Under the pieces are notes generated by a model. That model did no database searches. It was not told the DNA's origin and saw only the letters and a list, made by a program, of their open reading frames with translations. A DNA stretch of 64,000 nt, taken from positions 64,001 to 128,000 of the forward strand of contig CBDUPA010000002.1 in NCBI GenBank assembly GCA_965368975.1, written 5' to 3'. Every line of letters begins with the position of its first letter. The first letter of the stretch is position 1. This DNA comes from an uncultured bacterium. GTDB taxonomy: Bacteria; Acidobacteriota; Thermoanaerobaculia; Multivoradales; JAHZIX01. The position numbers and the translations under genes are program-made. Positions 1 to 9,117 of the stretch are shown piece after piece.

Positions 1-637
1 CACGGCTCTGCCGCTCCGGCACCTTGATCTCGAAGTCGTCGGCGGTCAACACGGCGCTCTCGACCGCCTCGCCGATCCCTGGCAGCGGTCGCAACTCCAG
101 CTTCAGCATGCGCTGCAGCGCGTCGACATCCAGCGGCTCGGGAAAGACCAGCGTCACGCTCTCGACCGGCCCGAGGCCACTCGCGCCCTGCTGCGGCAAC
201 GTCTCGACCGGTGCCGCCATCAACGTGGTCAAGCGCGTCCGCGAGCCGTCGACGGTCCAGGTGAAGCGCGCCAGCGGCGGCCACGGCTCGGCGGGGCGGA
301 ACTGCAGCGTGCGAGTGTCGAGCCAGGTGAAGGCACCGGGGTGCGCCGGTTCGACGTCGACGTAGCGACGCGCATTGTCCTCGGGCACTCCGCCTTGCGC
401 CGAGGCCCCTGCTTGGGCGGGACCGGTGTCCTGGGCGAAGAAGATGGTCACGGGATCCCAGCGGCGCAGGAAGTGGTCCGGTACGACGACGGTACCGCGG
501 GCAGCGGCCGGACGCTGCACCGTGCCGGCTGGCGGCACCTGCGCCGAGGCAGGCAGCGTCAGCGAGGACAGCAAGGGCAGCAGCAGAGCGGCGCCGGCAA
601 CGGCGAGCGACGAGCGGACAGGCGACGGGCGGTTCAT
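1..637 (-). CDS. Secreted protein, probable alpha-2-macroglobulin-family N-terminus (partial, runs off left edge)
   Basis: ATG at 637 overlaps the upstream stop (ATGA). Open to the window edge: MNRPSPVRSSLAVAGAALLLPLLSSLTLPASAQ (signal peptide) ...VVPDHFLRRWDPVTIFF...GAFTWLDTRTLQFRPAEPW, typical of bacterial A2M N-terminal Ig-like regions. Thioester motif lies outside the window. Confidence 0.65.
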   Translation of the reverse strand, partial: MNRPSPVRSSLAVAGAALLLPLLSSLTLPASAQVPPAGTVQRPAAARGTVVVPDHFLRRWDPVTIFFAQDTGPAQAGASAQGGVPEDNARRYVDVEPAHPGAFTWLDTRTLQFRPAEPWPPLARFTWTVDGSRTRLTTLMAAPVETLPQQGASGLGPVESVTLVFPEPLDVDALQRMLKLELRPLPGIGEAVESAVLTADDFEIKVPERQSR

Positions 638-3600
638 CGGGAAGCTCCTTCGGAAGCGTCTTCGGCCAGGTCCAGGTACTGACGGATCACGTCCGGTGGC
701 GGTCCTGTCGACGGGCGATCGAGACCGACGATAGCGGGGCGAGCTCGCGCCGGCGCGGCATCGGCGGGCAGGGTCAATGCGAGCAGGTATGTTCCGGGCG
801 CCAAGCGCGGCATCAGCACGACGCCCTGGCCTGGCTGGTTGCGACCCAGCTGATCTCGTCCCAACTCGCTGCCGGCGGCGTCCAGCACGCGGACCTCGAC
901 ACGGTCGGAGTCTGCACGCACGCCGACTCCCACCTGGACGTCCTCCTCGGTGCCACTGGCGGAGACCGGCACGGTGAACAGGAAGGCCCTACTGCCGCCG
1001 GCCGGCAACAGGACCTCTGGCCCTAGCCCCTCGCCGATCTCACTCACCGAGGTGACGGTCAGCTCCGCCGGGGCGGTCAAGGTGCCGTCCAGGGCACGCA
1101 GCCACAGCTCGTGGACGCCGGCAGCGAGGTACGCATCGACGGCGATCCCCTGGGGATGCAGGGCGAGGCGCTCTCCCGAGCTGGAGACGGAATCGGCTGC
1201 AGACCCTACGCGCATGATTGTCAGACCAGGTTGGTCGGAACGCACGTGGATCAGCGAAGCCTGAGGCAGATCGAGGAGCAGGCGCCGCGCGATGCCATCC
1301 AGGGGTACGACAGCCGGCGCCTGGACTGCGACCGACGGCGGCGGACCGTCCGGGAACCAGCTGCCGCGACTCGGCGGGACGCCATCGCGCTCGATCCAGG
1401 CGACGACGCGGCCCGGACCGTGCGGCAGAGACAAGCGCGCCGGCACGCCGTGCAGTGCCAGCTCGGTGCCGCGCTGCACACGGCCGCTCTGGTCCACGAG
1501 CTGAGGGGCGTCCAGCAGTTGGGTGGCGCCGCTGGTGCCCAGGATGTGCAGCACGCCCTCGGCCGCGGGTACGTCGAGTTCGCGCGTGCCCCGGCGTGTG
1601 AAAGCTTCGCTGAAGGGGGCATCCACCGTCAGCCGTGCTTCCACCCTCGAAACGTGGGTACCGGAGGCTGAGTCCGTGAGCGCCAGCGGGAAGACCTCGA
1701 TGTCGTAGCGATGGGCGCCTTCGGCGGTGTGCAGCAGGGTCAGACGGTCGGCCGGGCTGTCGACGGTCGCTTCGAACGGCGCGCCACCGGCCCAGTGGAC
1801 GCTGAGCACGTCGTCGCCGCGCGACAGCACCGCCAGCAGCTCACGACCGAGAGCCAGACGCAGCTGCTTGGTGCCGTCCGGCAAGGCAAAGCCGCGCGCG
1901 GCGACGCCCGCCAGGCCACCTTCGAGACGACCCAGGAACGGCGGCTCGTAGACCACGTCGCGGTAGCGCAGTTGGTGCAGGCGGACGTCGGTCAGCTCGC
2001 TGTCGCCCGCGGCCCACCCAGCCACGGGACGCGGTGCGCCCTGGAGTTGGACGGCGAGAGCACTGCCGGCGCTGCTGCCACCTCCATGGGCGGCCACCGC
2101 ACGTGGCGGCTCACTGCCGAAGGTGAGCACGGGCTGACCTATGACGGAGCGAGCCAGCGCCACGACGGGGCCGCCTCGGCCGTCCTGCGCGGCCAGGTCG
2201 AGCACCATCGGCGCCTCTGGACGGCCGTCCTCGCCAGCTGCGGGCAGACGCACGACGCGCGTCGATGCGGCACCGGCAGGCAGGCGTAAGCGCTCGACGG
2301 TGACTCCTCCAGAAGTAACCCCTCCAGCGGTACCCGTGCTACTCCACTGCACCAGGTGCACATGTTCACCCGACGCCGGCACCAACGTCTCGCCATCGAC
2401 CGGCACACACGGACGGTGCACTTCGGTGCACGTTAGCAACTCACTGCCTGTGACGCGGAAGCTACCTGGACGCTGCAGGACGAGGCTGGCGACGCGCGCG
2501 GACGGTGCCCCGGCCCCCATGCCTTCGACTGCTTCGAGCGTCACTCGGTCCTGCTCACCGCGAGCCTGCTCCCTGCGTCCCCGCGGCTTGACCGCCGAGG
2601 CGGTCAGGTCGACGTTGCCGGGGCGGCGATCGAGCGACCACAGGCGCAGGCGGTAGGTGGCCGAGGAGTCTTCGGGCAAGGCAACCGCGACGCGTGGCGT
2701 GCGGCCCTGGTCTTGGGCCAGCGTGCGCCAGGTACCGTCCTGCTGCGCTTCGAGCGCCAGGCCGAGCGTCTGGTCGGCACCGGCAGCGGCCAGCAACAGG
2801 GAGGCCGAGCGCGGCAGCTGCAACGGCAGCAACCACATCTGCTCGTCGAGCGCGACGCGGGTCGAGGCCGGCAGGGTCAGGGGATTGGCCTCGTGCTCGC
2901 TCGGCCGGCTGACGCTGACACGGGTCTTGGCCGTGGCGGTGCCGACCGGATCCAGACGCAAGCCGTAGCGGCCGGGCTGCAGTGTCGCGGCGAGCTGGAA
3001 GTTCCAATCCTCGGGGTGGTCGTCATAACTGGCGATCAGACGGCTGCCCTGGTAGAGACGGGCACGGACGTCGGCCGCACCGAAGGAGCGCACCTCGATC
3101 AAGCCGGCCTCACCGATCACCAGCGGCATGTCGACCGGTGCCTGCAACTCGCGGGTAATCCCCTCGGTCAGCTCGTAGGGGCTTACACGCACCCAGTACG
3201 GCACGCGGTTGTTGCGCCGCACGCAGGTCACGGCCAGGCGGTAGCGACCGGCTTCCAGTTCACCAGACCAGCCGCGCTCGGGCGGCACGATCAGCTGCGC
3301 TCGCCAGGTACCGTCCACCCAGCGCTGCAGCTCGCCGGTCATCTCGTCGGTGAGGGAAATCTGGATCGTCAGGTCGGCCGGGATCTCGACCTCCCACACG
3401 TCCGGTGTGCGCTCCGATTGCTCGGGCTCCTGCCACAGGTGGCGCACCGGTACGTCGAAGGGCAGCGCGTGCGGGCCGTGACCGCTGAACTCGGGTGGAT
3501 CGGGCACCTCTTCCAGCAACGTCACGGCACGGTTGTCGACCGACTCCGGCAGCACGACCAGGCGGTAGTCACCGGCGTCGAACAAGCGGTTCCACTCGGT

Positions 3601-6192
3601 GGGCTGGTTCGGCGCCAGAATCGGCCAGCCATCGCCGTCCTCCAGGCGGCCGCGGAAGACCCGCTGCAAGCCGTAGGACAAGAGGCGGTAGCGGCCATCC
3701 TCCGGAATTTGGAAGCGATAGACCACTGCTTCGCCAGCCGGTAGGCGCAGGCGCGCTGGCACACCGGGCACCAGCTGACCGCCGTCGATCAGCGGCGACT
3801 GACGCAGGTGCAGTCCCAGGTGGCCCTCGGAAGCACCGACCGTCGAGACGGATAGCTGGTAGTCGCCCTCGCTGAGGAACTGCTGTACCAGGAAGTTGCG
3901 GCCGACTCCGTTCGAGCCCTGACGATCGAGCGACGTCACGACACGGCTGCGCAGGTTCCCCTCGGTGGCCAGCAGGCCGCTGCTCTCCAGGCGGTAGAGG
4001 GCCGGCTCGTTCGCCCGCACCAGGAAGGTTGCGCGCTCAGCGCCGAAGAGGTCGAAGAACTGGGGCTGCGCATCGACCAGCCGCGGAAAGTCGGGCAGCG
4101 ACGCCAGCGCGTCGCCGGGTAGCGGCGGTAGCGGCGATGTCGCCAGTAGCCGTTCGGGTACCAGCTCGAGGTTGTAGAGCTGCGTCTGGGTCAAGCCCTG
4201 CTCTAATGGGTCGCGCACCTGCACGGTGTGGGTACCCACCGGCACCTCGAGCACATCGCCCCAGGCCGTGCCGTCGAGCGACACCTGGAGTCGGGTCCCG
4301 GTCTCGGTCAGCGCCGTCAAACGACCCGGCTCGGCGGCACGGAACGGCACCTCGACGCTCTCGCCCGGGCGCTGTGCCAGCGGCAGCGCTCGCGCCAGAT
4401 CGAGCGGCAGACAGCGTAGCACCAGGCCGGAGTGGACCTCCGGCTGGTGATTGGGAAAGAGGGTGTAGGAGTGGTTGGGGTTCAGCCGTATGCGCCCAAA
4501 GCGCACCGCCGCACGCACCGGCTCCGCTTCGACCGTTCCCCGCGCGCCGACCAGGTCGAGCAGGGATGCCACCATGCCGGCGGGACGGACGGCAATGTCG
4601 AGGATGCCCTTCTTCTTCGGCCGCACCGTCAGCACGTAGTAGCCGGCGTCCAGATCCCAGGCGGCACCGGCAGCCCGGAACGGCGGCGGCTCGTACTCGC
4701 GCGGCGGATCGACCAGGAAAGGCTCGAAGCGGAACTCGGCCTCGACGCCGTCCGACAACACCTCGTAGCGACCGGTCTGGCGAACGCGTAGGTGCACCGT
4801 GAGGTCGTCCAGCAGGTTGCAGCGCCGCGCCCACGCTTGGTCGCCGCCGAGGTCGATGGCCTGTGCCAAGAAGGGCTCGCGGTCGAGGCCCTTGCCCGGT
4901 ATCCAGCGCGCGACGATCGCCGTAGCGTCGATCGCGTCACCGACCGGACCAGAGTGCACGGTCGACAGCCAGTACTCACCGCCGCGCCAGAAGCGATAGC
5001 GATCTCGCTGCTCGAAGTGCTGCAGCACGTAGGGCTGCCCCGCCGCCGCGCGCACGCTGATCACGCGGGGCTCACCCTCACGGTCTTCGTCACCATCGGT
5101 GCTGCCGGCGAAGCGGTTCTCAGCCTCCAGAGCCGGTAAGCGCAGCTCGGCCACCGGCGGTACCGAGTTCTTCTGAACTCGAGCGGCATCGGCATAGTCG
5201 GGCTCGTAGTACGGCCCGGAAGACTCGAAGTCGTAGATCTTGAGGCTGGCGTCGATCGCCTCGGGCACTTCGATGCGGAAGAAGTTGGTACGCCGCGGCA
5301 CCAAGAAGCGGTCAATCCCAAAGGGGGACACCTCCAGGCTGCGCCGGCCCGCCTCGGCCAGGCGTGGGATGCCAGCGCGCAGATGGAACGGGCGGCTGCC
5401 GTCGTCCTCGGCCCAGGGCTGACCGACGCCGCCGTAGGCACTGAGCAGATACAGGCCGGGCTGCAGGAAAGTCGTGATCCGATGCACGGCCAGCGGCTGG
5501 CCCGGCTTCGGCATCACCACCTCGAGATCGCTGTCCGTGTCGAGCAGCCAACTGCCGTCCTGCCACAGACGCAGGTCCTCCAGATGACGACCCGCCGCTT
5601 CCAGGTAGACCCACCTCGCCCGCTCCACCGCCAACCAGTAGGAACGGTACTCGAAGTCGTCCAGGCTGCTCGAGAGCAGCTTGAGGTCAAGCAATCGCGG
5701 CGGCCCGCCACCGGTAGCCGCGCCGGCGGCATTGGCCTCCACGAACTCGTGAACGCGCAGCGTCGCCTGCTCCTGCGACGGACCGTCGACGACGCTTCTC
5801 TCCCCAGGCGACTCGGGGCCAAAGACAATGACCTTGTAGCTACCCCGGTCGAGGAACAGATCGAGCCGGCCGTCCTGCTCCCCCGCAACACCCACGACCT
5901 CTCCGGGGCCGGCCATCCGGTCGATCAGCTGCAGCGCCGCGCCGCGCGGGCTCTCGACGGTCAGTGCGTAGCGGCCGAAACGCTCGATGTGCAGCAGCAC
6001 CTCCCGGCGGCCCCAGGCCGAGACCTGCGCAGGCTCCAGCCGCGCCTCGGCCATCACCTCGGTGCCGGCCGCCGTCGAGCCAGTGCCCATCGAGCCAGTG
6101 TCCATCGAGCCTGGAAAGTACTGCGCCGACACCGGGTTGGGCACCAGCCAGAGCATGCAAGCAGCAGCCGTCAAGATTCGAGTCGCGCGCAT
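634..6192 (-). CDS. Giant secreted hypothetical protein (~1852 aa) with repeated PPC-like beta-sandwich modules
   Basis: AGGAGG RBS before ATG 6192; signal peptide MRATRILTAAACMLWLVPNPVSA; recurring L-x-x-G-x-Y-x-L motifs (LDRGSYKV, LQPGLYLL, LDAGYYVL, LSEGDYQL, FDAGDYRL, LEAGRYRL, LQPGRYGL, LAPGTYLL). Confidence 0.8.
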   Translation of the reverse strand: MRATRILTAAACMLWLVPNPVSAQYFPGSMDTGSMGTGSTAAGTEVMAEARLEPAQVSAWGRREVLLHIERFGRYALTVESPRGAALQLIDRMAGPGEVVGVAGEQDGRLDLFLDRGSYKVIVFGPESPGERSVVDGPSQEQATLRVHEFVEANAAGAATGGGPPRLLDLKLLSSSLDDFEYRSYWLAVERARWVYLEAAGRHLEDLRLWQDGSWLLDTDSDLEVVMPKPGQPLAVHRITTFLQPGLYLLSAYGGVGQPWAEDDGSRPFHLRAGIPRLAEAGRRSLEVSPFGIDRFLVPRRTNFFRIEVPEAIDASLKIYDFESSGPYYEPDYADAARVQKNSVPPVAELRLPALEAENRFAGSTDGDEDREGEPRVISVRAAAGQPYVLQHFEQRDRYRFWRGGEYWLSTVHSGPVGDAIDATAIVARWIPGKGLDREPFLAQAIDLGGDQAWARRCNLLDDLTVHLRVRQTGRYEVLSDGVEAEFRFEPFLVDPPREYEPPPFRAAGAAWDLDAGYYVLTVRPKKKGILDIAVRPAGMVASLLDLVGARGTVEAEPVRAAVRFGRIRLNPNHSYTLFPNHQPEVHSGLVLRCLPLDLARALPLAQRPGESVEVPFRAAEPGRLTALTETGTRLQVSLDGTAWGDVLEVPVGTHTVQVRDPLEQGLTQTQLYNLELVPERLLATSPLPPLPGDALASLPDFPRLVDAQPQFFDLFGAERATFLVRANEPALYRLESSGLLATEGNLRSRVVTSLDRQGSNGVGRNFLVQQFLSEGDYQLSVSTVGASEGHLGLHLRQSPLIDGGQLVPGVPARLRLPAGEAVVYRFQIPEDGRYRLLSYGLQRVFRGRLEDGDGWPILAPNQPTEWNRLFDAGDYRLVVLPESVDNRAVTLLEEVPDPPEFSGHGPHALPFDVPVRHLWQEPEQSERTPDVWEVEIPADLTIQISLTDEMTGELQRWVDGTWRAQLIVPPERGWSGELEAGRYRLAVTCVRRNNRVPYWVRVSPYELTEGITRELQAPVDMPLVIGEAGLIEVRSFGAADVRARLYQGSRLIASYDDHPEDWNFQLAATLQPGRYGLRLDPVGTATAKTRVSVSRPSEHEANPLTLPASTRVALDEQMWLLPLQLPRSASLLLAAAGADQTLGLALEAQQDGTWRTLAQDQGRTPRVAVALPEDSSATYRLRLWSLDRRPGNVDLTASAVKPRGRREQARGEQDRVTLEAVEGMGAGAPSARVASLVLQRPGSFRVTGSELLTCTEVHRPCVPVDGETLVPASGEHVHLVQWSSTGTAGGVTSGGVTVERLRLPAGAASTRVVRLPAAGEDGRPEAPMVLDLAAQDGRGGPVVALARSVIGQPVLTFGSEPPRAVAAHGGGSSAGSALAVQLQGAPRPVAGWAAGDSELTDVRLHQLRYRDVVYEPPFLGRLEGGLAGVAARGFALPDGTKQLRLALGRELLAVLSRGDDVLSVHWAGGAPFEATVDSPADRLTLLHTAEGAHRYDIEVFPLALTDSASGTHVSRVEARLTVDAPFSEAFTRRGTRELDVPAAEGVLHILGTSGATQLLDAPQLVDQSGRVQRGTELALHGVPARLSLPHGPGRVVAWIERDGVPPSRGSWFPDGPPPSVAVQAPAVVPLDGIARRLLLDLPQASLIHVRSDQPGLTIMRVGSAADSVSSSGERLALHPQGIAVDAYLAAGVHELWLRALDGTLTAPAELTVTSVSEIGEGLGPEVLLPAGGSRAFLFTVPVSASGTEEDVQVGVGVRADSDRVEVRVLDAAGSELGRDQLGRNQPGQGVVLMPRLAPGTYLLALTLPADAAPARARPAIVGLDRPSTGPPPDVIRQYLDLAEDASEGASR

Positions 6193-6351
6193 CGGAGACC
6201 TCCTGCCGAGCTCTCTGTCACCTGCCGAGAGCCGTCCTTCAGTGGGTGTATCACTGCCACACAGGATAACGCACTCCGGCTCGCCGGAATGCCCTGCGAG
6301 AGGTCCGAATTCACAGCGCAGGATCCCGTGCCACCGAGGGTTGCTTACAAT

Positions 6352-6987
6352 GTGGTGGTGGTTGCCGAAGCTCCGACGAGACACGCTCCAGAACCGGCCT
6401 CGCAAGAGGATCCGGACCGCGCCCTGCTGGCCAGAACGGCGCAAGGGGACGACGGAGCTTTCGGTGAGTTCGTCGAGCGCCACCAGCGCCGACTGCTGCG
6501 CCTGTGTGAGCGCATGCTGGGAGACGCCGAGGAGGCGCGCGACGCGGCGCAGGAGATCTTCCTCAAGGTCTACCGCAAGGCCGGCAGCTTCCAGCCGAAG
6601 GGCAAGGTGTTCACCTGGCTCTACCGCATCGCCACCAACCACTGCCTCAACAAGCTACGGCGGCGTAAGATCGTGCGCTTCATCGGCCTCGAAACAACCC
6701 GTGCCGGTAACAGCCACGGCAACGAGGACGACACCTATACCCTCGACCCCGCCGATGCCGGCCCCGATCCAGAAGCGGCCCTCGAAAGCCGGCGGCGCTG
6801 GCAGCGAGTGCGGCGGGCACTGGCCAAGCTGCCCGAGAGCCAACGCACGGTGGTAGTGCTCATCCGCTTTGAAGGTCTGTCCTACCGGCAAGCCGCTGAA
6901 GTGTTGGGTACCACCGAAGGCGCCGTCGACAGCCGCCTGGTGCGTGCCATGCGCAGCTTGCAGGCAGAATTGGAGCCCGAAACGTGA
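6352..6987 (+). CDS. ECF RNA polymerase sigma factor
   Basis: Region 2 EARDAAQEIFLKVY...FTWLYRIATNHCLNKLRRRK; region 4 LPESQR...LSYRQAAEVLGTTEGAVDSRLVRA. Start is one of the GTGs at 6352-6358. Confidence 0.9.
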   Translation: MVVVAEAPTRHAPEPASQEDPDRALLARTAQGDDGAFGEFVERHQRRLLRLCERMLGDAEEARDAAQEIFLKVYRKAGSFQPKGKVFTWLYRIATNHCLNKLRRRKIVRFIGLETTRAGNSHGNEDDTYTLDPADAGPDPEAALESRRRWQRVRRALAKLPESQRTVVVLIRFEGLSYRQAAEVLGTTEGAVDSRLVRAMRSLQAELEPET

Positions 6988-7170
6988 GCCCTGCCATGAA
7001 CCGGGATGATCCTGACCCGAGAGCGCAGGAAAGCGACGAGTCGAGGGTTGCAAAGATAGGAGAAGGGATCAGGACGTGTGCCAGAAGGCGATAGAGTTAC
7101 TGACGCACCCACACCGGTGCTTCTATAGAGACACTCCAGAATGGGGCGGCACCACCGATCGGAAACTGCG

Positions 7171-7668
7171 ATGAACAACTCCTCACCACAACCACAAGAC
7201 GCCGAGTTGCTGCGCCTGACCCTGCGCCAAGCGCACGGAGAGGCTACCGCCGAAGAGCTGGGCCAGCTCGACGCCTGGATGAAGGCGGACCCCGAGCTGA
7301 TAGCTGCCGTGCAGCGGCTGCAAGCCAGCTGGCAGCAGCTCGAACCGCCGCCCGCAAGTCCAGTGCCGGTCGGCTTCAGCACACGCGTCGTGGCGCGGGC
7401 CCGCGCCCTGCGACGCGGCGAAGACGGTTTCTCCTGGAAGCTGGCACCGACGTGGCTGCGCGCCGCCACCGCCGCGGCCCTGGTTACCGGCGTGGCGCTC
7501 GGTGCTGGCGTCGGAACGCTGGTCGCTGTACCGAGCCAGCCCGAGAGCTGGGGCCTGGAACAGCCGATGCAGCTCTCCACCACGCTGTGGACCTCGGACG
7601 CCGACGACGAAACCCCGTTACCGTGGGAGACAGAGGCGAGCACTGGCGGCGAGGAGACCCCGCAGTGA
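7171..7668 (+). CDS. Putative membrane anti-sigma factor
   Basis: Directly after the ECF gene; N-terminal 'GEATAEELGQLDAWMKADPE' anti-sigma-like helices and one TM segment (AATAAALVTGVALGAGVGTLVAV). Confidence 0.7.
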   Translation: MNNSSPQPQDAELLRLTLRQAHGEATAEELGQLDAWMKADPELIAAVQRLQASWQQLEPPPASPVPVGFSTRVVARARALRRGEDGFSWKLAPTWLRAATAAALVTGVALGAGVGTLVAVPSQPESWGLEQPMQLSTTLWTSDADDETPLPWETEASTGGEETPQ

Positions 7669-8342
7669 AACGCTGGGGGCTGACCCTGGCCCTGGTCCTG
7701 TCTCTAGGCATGAACGCCGGCATCCTGGCGATGATCGCCGTCCACCGGCTGGGTTCAACGACCGCGGAGCCGCCCCAGATGCAAGGCACGCCGCAGCAGC
7801 ACCTCGAGCAGCTGGCCGACTGGCTGCGCCTTGACGGCGACGAGCGCCAGGACTTCCTGGAACTACAACAGCGCTTCTTCCGCGGCATGCAGGAGAATGG
7901 TCAGGAGATTCGTCGTCTGCACGATCGCCTGCGCCGGGAAGTGACTTCACGGCAGCCGGACCGCAGCCAGGTCGACGAGATCGTCCAACAGCTGGGCACC
8001 CGCTTCGAAGCGCGTGAGCGCTTGATGGTCGACACGGTTCTCGATTCGCGCCAGTTGCTCAATCGGCGCCAGCAGCTGCAGTACCAAATGTTCTTCGCGC
8101 GCGCCCTGCGCCGCATGATGGCTGGCGACGGCCAGCGTCCTGAGGGCGAGTTCGGGCCGGGCAGGTTCGGCCCCGGGGGCCGGCGACCGGGCGCCATGGG
8201 ACCTCCACGCCGCGGCTTCGACGAGCCCGAAGGTAACGGCCGCTTCCGGGATCGCCCATTCGCCGGTCCCTCCCGACCCGAAGAGGGGCCACCCCCACCC
8301 CTCGTCGAGCCGCCCACGTCTTCGGAGCCACCCGTCTTCTGA
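7665..8342 (+). CDS. Spy/CpxP-like periplasmic heavy-metal-sensor family protein
   Basis: GTGA overlap; LVLSLGMNAGIL N-terminal anchor; LRLDGDERQ and QLLNRRQQ (LTxEQ-like) helical repeats; Gly/Pro-rich tail. Confidence 0.75.
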   Translation: MKRWGLTLALVLSLGMNAGILAMIAVHRLGSTTAEPPQMQGTPQQHLEQLADWLRLDGDERQDFLELQQRFFRGMQENGQEIRRLHDRLRREVTSRQPDRSQVDEIVQQLGTRFEARERLMVDTVLDSRQLLNRRQQLQYQMFFARALRRMMAGDGQRPEGEFGPGRFGPGGRRPGAMGPPRRGFDEPEGNGRFRDRPFAGPSRPEEGPPPPLVEPPTSSEPPVF

Positions 8343-8393
8343 CCTGGCTCCCCTAGCGCCCAGGCCAGCTGCGATAGACTCGGTCGTCTTCGT

Positions 8394-8436
8394 TCGACAT
8401 CTTCCGACAGGGATCAACGATGTCGAAGGATGTCGA
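8394..8436. promoter_or_regulatory. Putative enhancer (UAS) for a sigma54 activator
   Basis: TCGACATCTTCCGACA-N11-TGTCGAAGGATGTCGA: 16-bp inverted repeat (14/16 match), each arm with two CGACA units; about 100 bp upstream of a -24/-12 element. Confidence 0.65.
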
Positions 8437-8508
8437 GAAGCTACCGAACCAACGCACAAGAGCAGCTCAGCAACCTGCATCTGGCTTGCCCGCGGTGGAT
8501 TCGAAACC

Positions 8509-8524
8509 TGGTATGGCCCTTGCT
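8509..8524 (+). promoter_or_regulatory. Sigma54 (-24/-12) promoter
   Basis: TGGTATGGCCCTTGCT matches TGGCAC-N5-TTGCW with exact GG-N10-GC spacing; ~60 bp before ATG 8583. Confidence 0.75.
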
Positions 8525-8582
8525 CTACATGTTCGACGTCTGCAACGAACGTCCAAACATTCTTAGAGAGAGGGTCTAGACA

Positions 8583-9098
8583 ATGCAGAACCTTCTGACC
8601 ATGACAGCCCCGTCCACCAAGACTCCAACCACCGAGAACCTGCCCGGTCGCCCAGCGACCTTCCGCCGTCAAGACATCATCGTCCGCTTCAGTCTGCGGG
8701 ACGGCGAAGGCCACTTCGAGTTTCTCACCAACGGGCAGCCGCCGACAGAGCAGTTGATCCTGGACATCGAAAGCGACCAAGAGACCCTCGTCTTCTACCT
8801 CGAAGGCGTGGATGGCCCCGTGGCCTTCCTCAGCAACCCGTTTGTCTGGGTCGATTGGCAGGAAGGCACCAACGAGCCCGGCTTACGACCAATCGCGCAA
8901 CCGGTGAACTTCACCTGCTTCGCTCAGGGGGTCTGCTGCGTCATCCAGGACACCAATCCCCTGCCGCCCCGGGGCTCGGTAGCGTGGGAACCCGAGCAGC
9001 GATTCCACTTCTTCCTGCAGGTTCTCGCCGACGACCGGATCTATACGTCGAAGGATCCGTCGGTGGTCAACAAGGAGCCCCCGCCTGGCGGTCCTTGA
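8583..9098 (+). CDS. Small beta-rich protein with C-terminal DP motif (DP-EP/DUF1888-like)
   Basis: 171 aa, no signal peptide, ends RFHFFLQVLADDRIYTSKDPSVVNKEPPPGGP; preceded by GAGAGGG RBS and a sigma54 promoter. Confidence 0.6.
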   Translation: MQNLLTMTAPSTKTPTTENLPGRPATFRRQDIIVRFSLRDGEGHFEFLTNGQPPTEQLILDIESDQETLVFYLEGVDGPVAFLSNPFVWVDWQEGTNEPGLRPIAQPVNFTCFAQGVCCVIQDTNPLPPRGSVAWEPEQRFHFFLQVLADDRIYTSKDPSVVNKEPPPGGP

Positions 9099-9117
9099 CC
9101 GTGATCCCGCGCTGGCT

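Noticed and set aside
5383-6642. Apparent long overlap between the 2002-aa minus ORF and the 534-aa plus ORF
   Set aside because: Artefact of upstream-most starts. RBS and signal peptide put the giant gene start at 6192 and the ECF domain starts near 6352, so the genes do not overlap.
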